Shown: positions 39,666 to 53,736 of the stretch, piece by piece
Layout: each line of letters starts with the position of its first letter
How positions within the stretch are numbered: the first letter of the stretch is position 1
From: an uncultured Acidobacteriota bacterium
Lineage (GTDB): Bacteria; Acidobacteriota; Terriglobia; UBA7540
Direction of reading: 5' to 3'
Assembly: GCA_963804995.1 (NCBI GenBank)
Contig: CAWDSK010000006.1
Span: 1,024,001 to 1,088,000, forward strand
DNA length: 64,000 nt
The notes under the pieces: generated by a model
The model's database searches: none
What the model was told of the DNA's origin: nothing
Seen by the model: the letters and a program-made list of their open reading frames with translations, nothing else
Position numbers and translations under genes: made by a program

Positions 39666-41280
39666 CTAAATGCTCAGCTCCGCACCCTTCTCACGCCGCG
39701 TGAGTCCGTAATCAAAAATCACTCTCGAGACAAAAACCGAGGTGAAAAGGTTGGCCAACAAACCGATCGTTAAGGTCACCGCGAAGCCGCGAATCGGCCC
39801 CGTCCCGAAGGTGAAGAGAATTGCAGCCGAAACCACGGTAGTAACGTGGGTATCAATAATCGTTTTGAAGGCTTGCTCGAATCCGCCCGCCACGGCCGCT
39901 CCGACGGCTTTCCCCAGCCGCAGTTCTTCGCGAATTCTCTCAAAGATGAGCACGTTCGAGTCCACACCCATACCAACCGTCAGAATTACCCCGGCAATGC
40001 CCGGCAACGTCAGAACCGCGCCAAAATATCCGAGTGCAGCGACCAGAATGAGCAAATTTAGTACCAGCGCCAAGTCCGCGTTGATGCCCGCACCGCGATA
40101 ATAGACCAACATGAAGCCCATAACTGCGAGTAAGCCCACAATCGAGGCAATCACGCCGTGCCGAATGGAGTCAGCGCCCAAGGAGGGCCCCACGGTTGAC
40201 TCCGATTCGTATTTGATGGAGGCGGGTAGCGCGCCGGACCGCAATACCAATGCTAGATCCTGCGCCTTCTGCGGGGTGAAACCACCCGTGATTTCCCCAC
40301 GATCGTTGATCTGGCTCTGGATCACCGGAGCGTCGTAGACCCGATTATCCAGGACGATGGCCAGATACTTTCCGACGTTAGCGCCGGTGACGCGCCCGAA
40401 GCGCGTCGCCCCATCGCGGTTCAGGGTGAAATTCACGCTCGGCCGCCCACTCGCATCGTGTGACGGTTCTGCGCCACTCAGATCGCGCCCCGTAACCGCC
40501 GCGATGCGATTCAAAACGTACCACGTCTCGGTCCCGTTCTGGGCGGTGGGACCGGGCGTCAACTCAGTGTCCGGAGGAAGCACCCCGCCATGCGCCGCGA
40601 GGGCTGCTTCGCGGGAGGGAAAAGGCCCATCCGCCACCAACTTCAGTTCCAGCAGCGCCGTGGATTGAATAATGTCCTTGACCCGCGTCGGATCGTCTAC
40701 ACCCGGCAACTGCACCACGAGTTCGAAATCTGACTGCCCGTATTGGGCAATGGTGGGTTCAGTGACTCCCAGAGCGTCGATGCGCCGGCGGATGGTGTCC
40801 ATCGCCTGGAGCAGGGCCTGATTGCGTATGGTCGCGGCTGAGCTGACTTTGAGCGAAAGCAACCGGGCCATCTGATCACCGGGAACCCTTGCCAAGTCCC
40901 AATCGGAAAATTGCTGGGTCGCCAGCGTACCCAGGTCCGAAGACTTTTCCTGGGGAATACCTTTGATGAGAATCCGGTGCACGGGAGGGTTCGTACCAGT
41001 GTCGTCATTCTTCTCGACGTTCTGAGTAGGGGATGTTTTTGGCTTTCAGCTCGTCCTTCAGCCTTTCCAGAGCCTGGTCTGCGGTAATGTTTACGGCATC
41101 TTCGACCTGGACCTGCAAAACCAGGTGTGTGCCGCCACTCAAGTCGAGCCCCAGGCGGATACGGTTGTGAATATTGTCGCGAAGTTCCTGAACATTCTTG
41201 GGTAGGCCGATTATTCCCACTACGCACAGGGCAATAACCACCACAATGAAAATGACTCGGGCGCGAAGCTTGGTTTCCAT
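39666..41280 (-). CDS. secD: Protein translocase subunit SecD, +1 frameshift near 41020
   Basis: LGLDLSGG in ORF 41005-41280 continues into ORF 39666-40982 (RIDALGVTEP, DSNVLIFERIREE). Confidence 0.93.
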
Positions 41281-41349
41281 GACTGGACTTCCTTACCTTA
41301 TCAACCGCAGACCCCGACTGAATTCGGGAACGCACTCGTCCCGCACCTG

Positions 41350-41715
41350 CTACTTCTTGCCCTTGGCACCAGAGTCCTGTTTAGCCGGTTCCTCCGCCCC
41401 TTCGGTAACCAATCCGGTGATGGCGGAGCGTGCGAGATCAACCTTTACCTGGCTCGAAATCTGCAACTGTACGATGCCGTCCCGGAACCCTACAATGGTC
41501 CCGTAAATCCCGCCGCTGGTCACTACCTTGTCTCCCGTTTTCAGGGTGCCCAGCATATCTTGGAGCTTCCGGCGTTGCTGCTGTTGGGGACGAATAACCA
41601 GAAAATACCAGATAGCAAAGAGCGGGGCAAATAGAACTAGAAACGAGGTGAGGCCACCCCCCGCACCAGGGTCCGCCGCTAGAACGATTGAGTTAAGCAA
41701 TAGGCACTCGATCAA
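41350..41715 (-). CDS. yajC: Preprotein translocase subunit YajC
   Basis: YFLVIRPQ...GDKVVTSGGIYG; lies between tgt and secD. Confidence 0.95.
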   Translation of the reverse strand: MIECLLLNSIVLAADPGAGGGLTSFLVLFAPLFAIWYFLVIRPQQQQRRKLQDMLGTLKTGDKVVTSGGIYGTIVGFRDGIVQLQISSQVKVDLARSAITGLVTEGAEEPAKQDSGAKGKK

Positions 41716-41821
41716 GGTTGAGCCGTGAGTCTCAGGGATTTAGATGAGAAACCCCGCCGCTGGGAGACGGGATTTACCAGGTTCGGGCTTTCCGGATTCG
41801 CTTCTAGATTAATGAGAGCGA

Positions 41822-43094
<1,273 letters not shown>

Positions 43095-43191
43095 GCGTTT
43101 TGAGCAGGGGCGCAAACGCCATCAGAGTGCAGATAATGCCGTGCACTGGCGTCCGCCCGCGGTGGGGAATGCAGCCTGCAAACAAACCCCT

Positions 43192-43947
43192 CTATCCGGT
43201 CAGCATGGTGAGCCCGGCAACGCCCAGCACCCAGATCATCCACATCCCCAAGTAGCATAGGAAAATCGGCGTCGGCCGCACTTTCTTCCCGGTCGCGATG
43301 GATAGGCCCAGGGACGTTAGGATGATAAGCCAGATCCGGAAAACATCGAAGGAACTGGCAATGGCGTACAGCGGCCTCGAGGTCTCGCGCAGATTCAGGA
43401 AGAATCCCACGGTAGTGGGCATAAAGTTCTGCGGGTTGAATTGCTCGGGATCACCATAGAGGATTACAACCAGGCCCAGCGCGGCGCCAACCAGTGTGAC
43501 CAGGGAGGCATAGGAGACAATGGAAAAGCCCGTTTTCAAACTCACCGACCCACCCAGAATCGCGTTAACAATCAACAGGCCAAGCGCCGCGATCACCAGC
43601 ATATAGATGGGAGGGCCGATGAATCCTGCGACTCGACCAAGAATGGCGGTGATCATGGCGCCCTGGTGGACCGCTTGCTCCATCTGCTCCGGGCTCAGCT
43701 TGGAGGCCCGGCCACTTATCTCCAGCGACTGCCGGACGATTCTTTCCGCCCCGATCTTGTAGAACATCACTTCCGTCACCACGACGGCAGATACGATAAC
43801 GGTAATCAGGGGCGCTAGGAAATCGGGCCGCCACACGATCGATTCAAACGTGGTCCCCGGCGAGATGAAGACCCCCAAGGCGCGGCTTAGGAAGGAATCG
43901 GCCGGCGGCTCTTCCGGCCCAGGAGGTGCAATCATTGTTTCACCCAT
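43192..43947 (-). CDS. Yip1 family membrane protein
   Basis: GVFISPGTTFESI motif and several TM helices. Confidence 0.8.
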   Translation of the reverse strand: MGETMIAPPGPEEPPADSFLSRALGVFISPGTTFESIVWRPDFLAPLITVIVSAVVVTEVMFYKIGAERIVRQSLEISGRASKLSPEQMEQAVHQGAMITAILGRVAGFIGPPIYMLVIAALGLLIVNAILGGSVSLKTGFSIVSYASLVTLVGAALGLVVILYGDPEQFNPQNFMPTTVGFFLNLRETSRPLYAIASSFDVFRIWLIILTSLGLSIATGKKVRPTPIFLCYLGMWMIWVLGVAGLTMLTG

Positions 43948-44356
43948 GACTTATCCCTCGACAAGTCCGACCGCTGCGCCCCCGAAAGGAACAGCGGGGC
44001 CAGGAAGCAAGTGCGCAACCGCCTTTTCGCTGCGGTCCGCCGACAATTCTCTGCAATGCAATACCGTAAATCCTTGTTTTTTTGACAAGAATATTTTGCA
44101 CCGAACTGACCCCTCACCCGTCCCGCGCCAGCTCGTAAGAACGCTGGCCGCGGTCCACCCTCTCCCCTGCGGAGAGGGCTATGATTCTCTTTTGGTTGCG
44201 GCCTCGCCGCGCTGCGCTGCCCACTTCGTTGTTCTCCGCCAATTTCGAACCGGAATCTCGGGCGTGAAAATATCTGCTACTTCCCAGGCGAGCAAGATAA
44301 TTGGAGGGTAAGGAACTCGGCGCGCCACGTGAAGCACCAGCCGGTTGCAGAGAAAA

Positions 44357-44683
44357 TCAGATCCACCGCCCCAGCAGACCCAGGGTATAGACCCCCACGC
44401 CACCGTACAGCAACAGAGGTTCAAGCCAGGCGCGGATGGAAACGAGGATAGGAAAATCAATGGTAGGCCAGGGCCCGTAGCCGCCCCAATAGACCTTCAT
44501 GAGAAGACCCAGGACGATCAGGGAGAGCGCCCGGTCGCGCATGTAGCGGCCGCGCCTGGGGCCAATCAAATAACGCCGGCCCCCATAAACGGTGCCGGAC
44601 GGCGCCTCAAAGGAGTTGTCACACTTGCGGCACTCGGTGGCGTTGTCATAGTTGGAATAACCACAGTACGGGCACTGTTTCAT
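44357..44683 (-). CDS. Small membrane protein with an N-terminal zinc ribbon
   Basis: CPYCGYSN...ECRKC followed by two hydrophobic segments. Confidence 0.7.
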   Translation of the reverse strand: MKQCPYCGYSNYDNATECRKCDNSFEAPSGTVYGGRRYLIGPRRGRYMRDRALSLIVLGLLMKVYWGGYGPWPTIDFPILVSIRAWLEPLLLYGGVGVYTLGLLGRWI

Positions 44684-44768
44684 GGGAGTGAACCGCCATC
44701 ATCACGGGGAATTTTCGCTGCAACTGCCCGGAACTCGAGCGCACAACTTGTTCCCGTCCCGCAGAGCT

Positions 44769-46475
<1,707 letters not shown>

Positions 46476-46640
46476 AGGTCATGCCCCCCATAGGCAAGAA
46501 GCCAGCACACTTATACATATTAAAATGAAATTTGGCAACACCGCATCCCCGCCCCCGCGGTGCCACCCTCGGCAACCTGAAGCATATTTAAGATAAGCCG
46601 TCAATCTCCTGCGGCTCCAATAGATTAGATGTAATATACC

Positions 46641-48431
46641 TCAATTCGGTCTGCCTGCGGAGGAGTTTTTTTGCTCGCGCGACATCTCAACCAACTCTTT
46701 CCTTATCTTGAGTTTATCGGTATTTAGTTGGACAAGATGGGCATCATCACCCGCGTGTTGAGTTCTTTCAATCTCCGCTTGAATCGCCGCAAGCTGGCGC
46801 TCAAGCTTGTCCATCCGTAAGGAGCGCAGCGCCCCAAATGCCACCTCGAGCTTGGGTGGATCACCCGGCCAGAAAAGTGCGTCGAGCGCCACCTTCCGCT
46901 CAGCGTCCGAAAGTTCCACCTCGGTGCTGGTCACATCCAACTTTTCGCCGCGCTGGTGCGCTTCCCACATGCGAGTGAAAACACTTTCCCCTGCCAACCC
47001 CTCCACGGCGCCGGTCCGCACCAATTCGGGGAGCACCGCCTCCGCAATTTCTGCGCTCTCCAGGCACAAGCGCAGTAACTGTTTGACGGCGTGGTTGGCC
47101 TGCGTGGCGCGCGCCTCCCCTGACACGCGAAATTCCCCGCGACCCTCGCCCGCAGCGCGCCGCAGTTCGTCGCGTAGCAAGCGCTCATCCAAACGCAGCC
47201 GCTCCGCCAAACGTCCGGACAGCTCTGCGCGCAGCATGGGGTTCGGTACTTTGACGAGGTAAGGCAGCACAGCGTTAGCCGCCGCCACCTTCCCTTCCGG
47301 CGTGCGCACGTCATGTTTCGTTGCCGCGCGCTCGGTCAGATAATCGAGATAGGTGGGCGCGCCAGCCAGCAGCTCGCGATACGCCGCCGCCCCCTTCTTG
47401 CGAATGAACGAGTCCGGGTCAAGTCCGCCGGGCAGCGCCAGCACTTTGGCCTCGAACCCTTCCTCAAGCAGCAGCGCCAGGGAGCGCTCCGTGGCAGCCA
47501 TCCCCGCCGAGTCCGGGTCGTAATTCACTACCACGCGTTGCGAGTGGCGTTTCAGCAGCCGGATCTGCCCCTCCGTCAAGCTGGTCCCGCACGATGCAAC
47601 CACGTTTTCGATGCCGCTTGAGGCCACCGCAATGCAATCCATATAGCCCTCGACCAGAATCGTGTAGTCGAGTTTGCGAATGGCTTGCCCGGCGCGGTCA
47701 AGATGATACAACAGCCGGCTCTTGGTGTAGATCGCCGTCTCAGGTGAGTTCAGGTACTTGGGCTGATCGTCGCCCAGCGCCCGGCCCGCAAACGCCACCA
47801 CCTTGCCGCTCTCATTGGCGATGGGGAAAATGATGCGGCGGCGGAAGCGATCGTAATACCGTTGGCGCTCGGCATCGAAAATGATCAGGCCGCTCTTCTC
47901 CAAGACCTCTTTTTCAAAGTCCGCACCGGTTAGATGCCGGGTAAGCGCCTGGCCGTCCCCGGGAGCGTAGCCGAAGCGGAACCGCCCGACGATTTCGTCC
48001 GTAACGCCGCGGTCGGCAAGATAGGCGCGCGCCATGCGGCCCTCCGCCGACCCTCCAAGCTGGGCAGCAAAAAACTTGGAGGCAACCTCATGCACCTTTT
48101 GCAGCCCGGCGCGCAGCTTGGTGTTCGCGTCGTAGGTCTCATCGCCCGCCCGTTCTTCCAGGTGAACGCCCACCTTTTCCGCCACGCGCCGAAGCGCTTC
48201 GGGAAAGGTCAGGTTTTCAATCTGCATCACGAATTTAAAAACGTCGCCGCCCACTCCACACCCGAAGCAGTGGAAGATCTGCTTCACCGGATGCACCGCG
48301 AAGGAAGGCGTTTTTTCCTGGTGGAACGGGCAAAGGCCCATGTAATTCGCGCCCGCCTTGCGCAGCTTGACGTAGTCGCCCACAATCTTGACTATGTCCG
48401 CCGCCGTCCGAACTTGGTCGACTTGGCTCAT
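46641..48431 (-). CDS. dnaG: DNA primase
   Basis: CPFHQEKTPSF...HCFGC, KYLNSPET, VEGYMD and YDPDSAG. Confidence 0.97.
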   Translation of the reverse strand: MSQVDQVRTAADIVKIVGDYVKLRKAGANYMGLCPFHQEKTPSFAVHPVKQIFHCFGCGVGGDVFKFVMQIENLTFPEALRRVAEKVGVHLEERAGDETYDANTKLRAGLQKVHEVASKFFAAQLGGSAEGRMARAYLADRGVTDEIVGRFRFGYAPGDGQALTRHLTGADFEKEVLEKSGLIIFDAERQRYYDRFRRRIIFPIANESGKVVAFAGRALGDDQPKYLNSPETAIYTKSRLLYHLDRAGQAIRKLDYTILVEGYMDCIAVASSGIENVVASCGTSLTEGQIRLLKRHSQRVVVNYDPDSAGMAATERSLALLLEEGFEAKVLALPGGLDPDSFIRKKGAAAYRELLAGAPTYLDYLTERAATKHDVRTPEGKVAAANAVLPYLVKVPNPMLRAELSGRLAERLRLDERLLRDELRRAAGEGRGEFRVSGEARATQANHAVKQLLRLCLESAEIAEAVLPELVRTGAVEGLAGESVFTRMWEAHQRGEKLDVTSTEVELSDAERKVALDALFWPGDPPKLEVAFGALRSLRMDKLERQLAAIQAEIERTQHAGDDAHLVQLNTDKLKIRKELVEMSREQKNSSAGRPN

Positions 48432-48442
48432 GAGGAGAAGAA

Positions 48443-48603
48443 GTTAGGAGTTAGGAGTCAGGAGCCAGGAGCTCGAAGACAGGCGACAGGAGACGGGATG
48501 CGGGAAACGGCAGACAGGCGTCCAAAAATGGATGTGTAATCCCGTATTTCGGATGCCGCCACCCGGCTCCTGACTCCTAGCTCCTAACTCCTGGCTCCTG
48601 CTT
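48443..48603. repeat. Inverted heptamer repeat arrays
   Basis: (GGAGTYA-like)n and (GGAGACR-like)n on the left, complementary (CTCCTRR)n on the right. Confidence 0.8.
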
Positions 48604-48604
48604 T

Positions 48605-49240
48605 CTAAAGCATTACAATATTCGACGCGGGCTTCCGGAATTCCTCCGCCGGAAATTGTCCACGCAGCAGGTCGAGATAGGCGCGGCCCTTGGGCCGGCC
48701 ATTCGCGTGGGCGGCGCAAAGTTGGGTGAGAAAAATCAGCGCATCCCGGAATTCGCCATCGCGCATCGTGGTCATGCCCGCGCGCTCGGTCTCGGCTTTC
48801 TTGAATTCTTCAATCGCACCCTTCAGCGCCTCGTACATGCCGCGCTGCAGCAGGTTGACCGGAGGCTGCTCGTAGTAAATGCCACTCGACAACGTGCGGT
48901 AGCTTTCCGCCAGCGTCTGGAGCATGGCCAGGACGTCCGTATCTACCACATCGCGATGGTTGACCGCAAATTCCAGGAGAGCATGATCAAGCGCCCCCAG
49001 CAGCGGCTCATGCGCCTCAATGAAACTGCGGGGGATTTTGACATCCGCGAAAGGGACTTTCGACCAATCGACTTTCCGGTGCTCGGCGTCATAGGCGCGG
49101 CTGGCGGCAAGGTAGACACAATCAGAAGGACAATCGATCGTTACCTCGCGCTCCGTGCCGCAACAAACGGAGCAAATGCTCTCCGCCCGCGCTGGGCACA
49201 TCCGCTTGGCTTTATGCTTCTGGCAGATTGGACACGTCAA
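48605..49240 (-). CDS. Hypothetical protein with a Cys-rich N-terminus
   Basis: CPIC...C...CSVCC...CPSDC; core-like codon use; directly upstream of dnaG. Confidence 0.75.
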   Translation of the reverse strand: MTCPICQKHKAKRMCPARAESICSVCCGTEREVTIDCPSDCVYLAASRAYDAEHRKVDWSKVPFADVKIPRSFIEAHEPLLGALDHALLEFAVNHRDVVDTDVLAMLQTLAESYRTLSSGIYYEQPPVNLLQRGMYEALKGAIEEFKKAETERAGMTTMRDGEFRDALIFLTQLCAAHANGRPKGRAYLDLLRGQFPAEEFRKPASNIVML

Positions 49241-49487
49241 GGCTCACTCCCACTGCGGCCACAGCAGGTTTTCCGTGCATTAGCAGCGTCCTCACTGCCC
49301 TCAGGCTTCCGCACGCGAATTGTGGGGAACGGCAACTACTGGCTGCGGCCCGCAAGTTTGAAAACTACAATTATGCCACATTTCACCCCGACTATGCCGG
49401 ACCGGCACAGGATTGTTTTTCCTGCATCCCAATCTGCAGTATCATCCGTCGCGTCAAACTCTACGTCAGCTTTCAGAAGGCGACCTC

Positions 49488-52214
49488 ATGAAACCCCGCA
49501 CTGCAATCGCTTTTTCCCTGCTCGTTCTTTCGATTGGAATCAGCCGCGCGCAGGCTGCCGGTCCCGTCATCGTGCGCGAGCAAGGCGCCGTGCTCACCCT
49601 TGCGAACGATTACCTGGAGCGCACCATCGAGGTCACCGGCGGCGGTGTACACACGCTGCGCCTCGTGAACAAGCTCTCCGGCCGAACCCATGAAGTACAG
49701 GGCGAAGAATTCGAGCTGAAGCTCATCTTCGAGCGCGTGGGCTACACCTTCGGCGGTGAGAACCCCCTGGTGCTGACTTCGCGCGACCTGCGGGTGACGG
49801 GTCACGAGGTCGAAGACGTCCCCAGCGGTGGCAAGCGCGCCGTTTATCATTTGGCGCTCCCGAACAGTCCGCAACTGAAAACCGGCCTGGAAGCCACGCT
49901 CACCTATGAGCTCAAGCCCGACGACTCCTACACGCGCCAATGGATTGGACTGAAGACTACCGGCCAGGGAACATTCTTCATCGATTCAGTCGCCCCGGGC
50001 AAGAACGATTGGCGGGCCGACAACTTTCGACTGGGCGGTTTTGGCCAGCCGCTTTTTTCTGACGACCTTTTCATGGGCCTCGAGTATCCCACCAGCCTCA
50101 ACACTGCGCGCCAATCCTCGGTCTCCCTGGGGGGCATTGTGGGCCTCAACATTCCGCCGGAAGGCTACGAGAGCCAACCCGCCGTCATCGGGGTTGCCGC
50201 CCCGGGGCACGTTCACCAGGCGTTCCTCGAGTACGTCGGCCGCATCCGCGCCGTGCCGGTGCGCCCGTTCATCACTTACAACTCCTGGTACGACCTCCAG
50301 AGCACGGCCATGACCAACGAGCTGTTGCTCGAGCGCGTGAAGCAGCTTGACGAGCAGCTTGTGAATAAATACGGCATTCCCCTGCAATCATTCCTCCTCG
50401 ATGACGCCTGGGACGACGACCAGAACAACATCTGGGTTCCCGATCCCCGCCGTTTTCCCTCGAGCTTCCGCGACCTCCAAGCCGCGCTCGGGGATATTCA
50501 TAGCCACCTGGGCCTGTGGTTAGGGCCCATCGGCGGCTACAGTCTGCGGCATTTCCGCGTGGACGCCGGCCGCAAGATGGGTATGGAGGTCACCTCGAAC
50601 GGCGAGTTCCTATGCCTGGCCGGCCGCAACTATAGCCGCTATTTCCGCGAAACCCTGGTGGGCCTGATGCGCAACTTCGGCGTCAACCAATTCAAGCTCG
50701 ATGGTCTGCCCTTCGGCTGCAACGATCCGAATCACGGCCACCCCGTGGGCATCTATTCGCGCGAAGCCGACCTGCGTTCTTTCCTTGAAACGCTTGAAGC
50801 CCTGCGTGCTGAGAATCACGAGATTTTCCTCGACGTGACCACCAGCACCTGGCTCAGTCCCTGGTGGCTGCGCTGGGCCGACACCATCTGGGAGGGCGGC
50901 GCGGATTACGGCTACCTGGAAACCGTTCCCACCCTCACGGAGCGCCAGAGTTCCATGAACTATCGCGACCTCGTGCTTTACAACGATTTCGTTCGCCACG
51001 AAGTGCAGTTCCCCATGTCGTCGTTGTGGACGCAGAGTGTCATCAAGGGCACGTATCTCGAGCTGGGCGGCAAGAACGAGTCTCTGGAGGATTGGCAGGA
51101 CCACCTGGTGAACTTTTTCGGGGTGGGCAGCCAGTTAAACGAGCTCTACATCACGCCCTCGCTCTTGAAGCCCGCCGAGTGGGAGGCGCTGGGGAGTTCG
51201 CTCCAATGGGCCGTGGCCAACGCGCACCCCCTGCTCGATAATGGCGCCTGGGTGCTGGGCGATCCCGCCCGGCGCGAGCCCTACGGCTACCTGCACTATT
51301 CGCCGCAGAAAACCATTCTGATGCTGCGCAATCCCTTCGTGCGCCCCGTCGTGGCCAATGTGAAGCTCAACGCGCCCGCCGGTTTTGAACCCAGCGACCA
51401 GACATTCCAGGCGGAAGTCAGCTATCCCTATCGCCAGGCCCTGCCGGGTGTGTTTCGCTCCGGCGACACGCTGTACCTGAAGCTGGATGGCTACGAACAC
51501 CGGATTATTGAGCTGCGTCCGCTTGCCACGGGTGAAGTACGACTTGCCGGCGTGCGGTACACCGTTAACCCCGCAACCAACAGCGAAGTAAGTTTCAAGG
51601 TCTATGCGCCGGAGGGAGCGAACGTGGTGGCGGAGCTTTTCAATCCTTCCGCTTTCAACGAGGTGAGCGTCGATGGTGAAAAGGTGGAAATTAAGGTCGG
51701 CGCCGAGGCAGGCACGCTGGCGCTGCATTTCGGCAAAAAACTTGCCCGCGAAACGACGCCCAAGTTTTCCGCGCCCACCATTCGCACCGCCGTGGACAGC
51801 GTTGTAAGAGTTGCGATCACAGTTGAAGTCCCCGTCGATTTCCACGAAACCAAGGCTTCCCTGCTGCTCGAATCCGCCGCTCCCGGTGTGGAGGTGAAAG
51901 CCGAAGCGCGTGACAACTCGAAGCCCCTTTCCGTCGCCGTAGTCAAGAGTCCCAAGAGTGCATGGCAATGGTTCACGGTGGACCTCATACCAGGCAGCCA
52001 TGCGCTGGAGTTTGATCTGCATATTCCTACGGGGTCGCTGCCAGGGACGCAACTCTCCGGCTGGCTGCGCGCAAAACGCGCCCTGGCCGCCAAGGATGTA
52101 CGGCTGAAGCTTGGACCTGGCCGGCAACTGGCCCCACCTCCGCGGAACCTGCTTCCTGCCTCAACGGAAATCGAAAAGCTCACCTACGCGCTGTTTGAGG
52201 AAACGCCCTTGTAG
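49488..52214 (+). CDS. Secreted alpha-galactosidase-like glycoside hydrolase (GH36/clan D-like)
   Basis: Signal peptide; YNSWYD, LDDAW, GLWLGP and FKLD motifs. Confidence 0.75.
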   Translation: MKPRTAIAFSLLVLSIGISRAQAAGPVIVREQGAVLTLANDYLERTIEVTGGGVHTLRLVNKLSGRTHEVQGEEFELKLIFERVGYTFGGENPLVLTSRDLRVTGHEVEDVPSGGKRAVYHLALPNSPQLKTGLEATLTYELKPDDSYTRQWIGLKTTGQGTFFIDSVAPGKNDWRADNFRLGGFGQPLFSDDLFMGLEYPTSLNTARQSSVSLGGIVGLNIPPEGYESQPAVIGVAAPGHVHQAFLEYVGRIRAVPVRPFITYNSWYDLQSTAMTNELLLERVKQLDEQLVNKYGIPLQSFLLDDAWDDDQNNIWVPDPRRFPSSFRDLQAALGDIHSHLGLWLGPIGGYSLRHFRVDAGRKMGMEVTSNGEFLCLAGRNYSRYFRETLVGLMRNFGVNQFKLDGLPFGCNDPNHGHPVGIYSREADLRSFLETLEALRAENHEIFLDVTTSTWLSPWWLRWADTIWEGGADYGYLETVPTLTERQSSMNYRDLVLYNDFVRHEVQFPMSSLWTQSVIKGTYLELGGKNESLEDWQDHLVNFFGVGSQLNELYITPSLLKPAEWEALGSSLQWAVANAHPLLDNGAWVLGDPARREPYGYLHYSPQKTILMLRNPFVRPVVANVKLNAPAGFEPSDQTFQAEVSYPYRQALPGVFRSGDTLYLKLDGYEHRIIELRPLATGEVRLAGVRYTVNPATNSEVSFKVYAPEGANVVAELFNPSAFNEVSVDGEKVEIKVGAEAGTLALHFGKKLARETTPKFSAPTIRTAVDSVVRVAITVEVPVDFHETKASLLLESAAPGVEVKAEARDNSKPLSVAVVKSPKSAWQWFTVDLIPGSHALEFDLHIPTGSLPGTQLSGWLRAKRALAAKDVRLKLGPGRQLAPPPRNLLPASTEIEKLTYALFEETPL

Positions 52215-52257
52215 TAGCAACCCTGTATCAGGCTAGTCGAAATTGCAGCGGCCGTAC

Positions 52258-52334
52258 GGTAGTACAGGCACTCCTGCCTGTGCATATGGCTCGAGGTTCG
52301 AGCCTAACGTCACAGCCAGGAGTGGCCGTGCCAC
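52258..52334. repeat. GTAG-type REP doublet (CACAGCCAGGAGTGGCTGTG family); half copy at 53690-53731
   Basis: GTAGTACAGGCACTCCTGCCTGTG ... CACAGCCAGGAGTGGCCGTGCCAC. Confidence 0.7.
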
Positions 52335-52369
52335 AGCCTCGCGGTAGGCTGGCGCAGCGCGAGCCAACC

Positions 52370-52625
52370 GTGATCGTGAATTCATAGCCCTCTCCGAGGG
52401 GAGAGGGTGGACCGCCGCCGGCGTTTTCATCAGCCGGGGCGGGACGGGTGAGGGGTTGCTTCGCAGCCGATGCATATGGACCGAATGTTGTGATCGCTCA
52501 AATGCGGCACGTCCGCTCCACCCGCGTGATTGTGAATTCATAGCCCTCTCCGAGGGGAGAGGGTGGACCGCAGCCGGCGTTTTCATCAGCCGGGGCGGGA
52601 CGGGTGAGGGGTTACTTCGCAGCCG
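52370..52625. repeat. Tandem composite repeat, 156-bp period (REP-A + linker + GCCACCCGC-type element)
   Basis: Duplicated blocks start at 52370 and 52526; the same composite recurs at 53473-53690 and 55089-55331. Confidence 0.85.
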
Positions 52626-52725
52626 CCTCTACATCAGAATGCACCCCTACCCCCCCGTTGACTTGAGCGGATTCGAGGGGTACCCTGAGGGAAATCGAGC
52701 TCTCGCGCGGAAAGGAGGCACACCC

Positions 52726-53328
52726 ATGAGTTACAAAGTGCGGCCTTTCGCCTGGGTAATTGGGACTGCCCTCATCCTCTCCCTGATGTTGGTCAACTCC
52801 CTGACGGCAGGGCAAGCGCCGATGTCCCTTGGCGACCTCGCTCGCAAGGAGCGAGCCAAGCTGGATAAAAACGCCAAAAATCCAGCGCGAGTCTTCACCA
52901 ACGACGATTTCGCCCTTCATCCTCCCAGCCCGCCCCCTGCCCCCGGGTCGGAAAAGTCGGTGGATCAGAACCGCTTGGACTCCGCCGCTCTGCCTGCGGA
53001 GCTTCACAACGAAGCCTATTTCCGCGGCAAGACGAAGGAGTTACGACAAAAGTTGGCGGACGACAAGGAGTTCCTTGCAAGGATCCAACAGGAGGTCATT
53101 GAGCACGATGAGGATTTCCCGAGCAGTGACTACTTGCCCCCGCGGTGGGATGTAACCAGGACCGATTCCTATCAGATCTGGGCCTCCGAAGACGAGCGCT
53201 TGCGAAACTTGATACAGTCGCAGGAAAAAAGGATTGCCCGGGATGAGCAGGCCGCTGTGGACTTGCTCGAACAGTGCCGGCGCGACCTCTGCGAACCGGA
53301 ATGGGTCCGACAGTCCCCCCTCCCATGA
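52726..53328 (+). CDS. Exported hypothetical protein with a coiled coil
   Basis: SD AAGGAGG, signal peptide, SLGDLARKER...VFTNDD motif. Confidence 0.8.
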   Translation: MSYKVRPFAWVIGTALILSLMLVNSLTAGQAPMSLGDLARKERAKLDKNAKNPARVFTNDDFALHPPSPPPAPGSEKSVDQNRLDSAALPAELHNEAYFRGKTKELRQKLADDKEFLARIQQEVIEHDEDFPSSDYLPPRWDVTRTDSYQIWASEDERLRNLIQSQEKRIARDEQAAVDLLEQCRRDLCEPEWVRQSPLP

Positions 53329-53736
53329 CAACCAAAAGCCGCTGACCTACAGGACAGGTCAGCGCTACATGCTTCCATCCGCAATCCTATTGCGATGGCT
53401 TTCTACTTTTGCCTTTTGCATTTTGCCTTTCATTTGCGGCCCCGCCGCGCTGCGCTCTGCCCCAACCAGCGCTGATAGTGAATTCATAGCCCTCTCCCGT
53501 GGGGAGAGGGTGGACCGCCGCCGGCGTCTTCATCAGCCGGGGCGGGACGGGCCTACGCCCACCGAAGGGGCACCTGGGAGCAGTAAACAACTTTAGCTTC
53601 GGCCCGCAGGCGGGTGAGGGGTTACTTCGTAGCCGATGATAGCGACTGAATGTTGTGATCACCTAATGCGGCACTTAGGCGCCACCCGCGAGGTTCGAGC
53701 CTAACGACACAGCCAGGAGTGGCTGTGCTACCCCCC

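Noticed and set aside
32302..41280. relA and secD as true pseudogenes or programmed frameshifts
   Set aside because: Each has a single +1 lesion, no other decay and no slippery run; the shared context points to sequencing error.
52288..52305. tRNA T-arm-like GGTTCGAGCC
   Set aside because: It lies inside a REP doublet (repeated near 53692) and no cloverleaf can be drawn.
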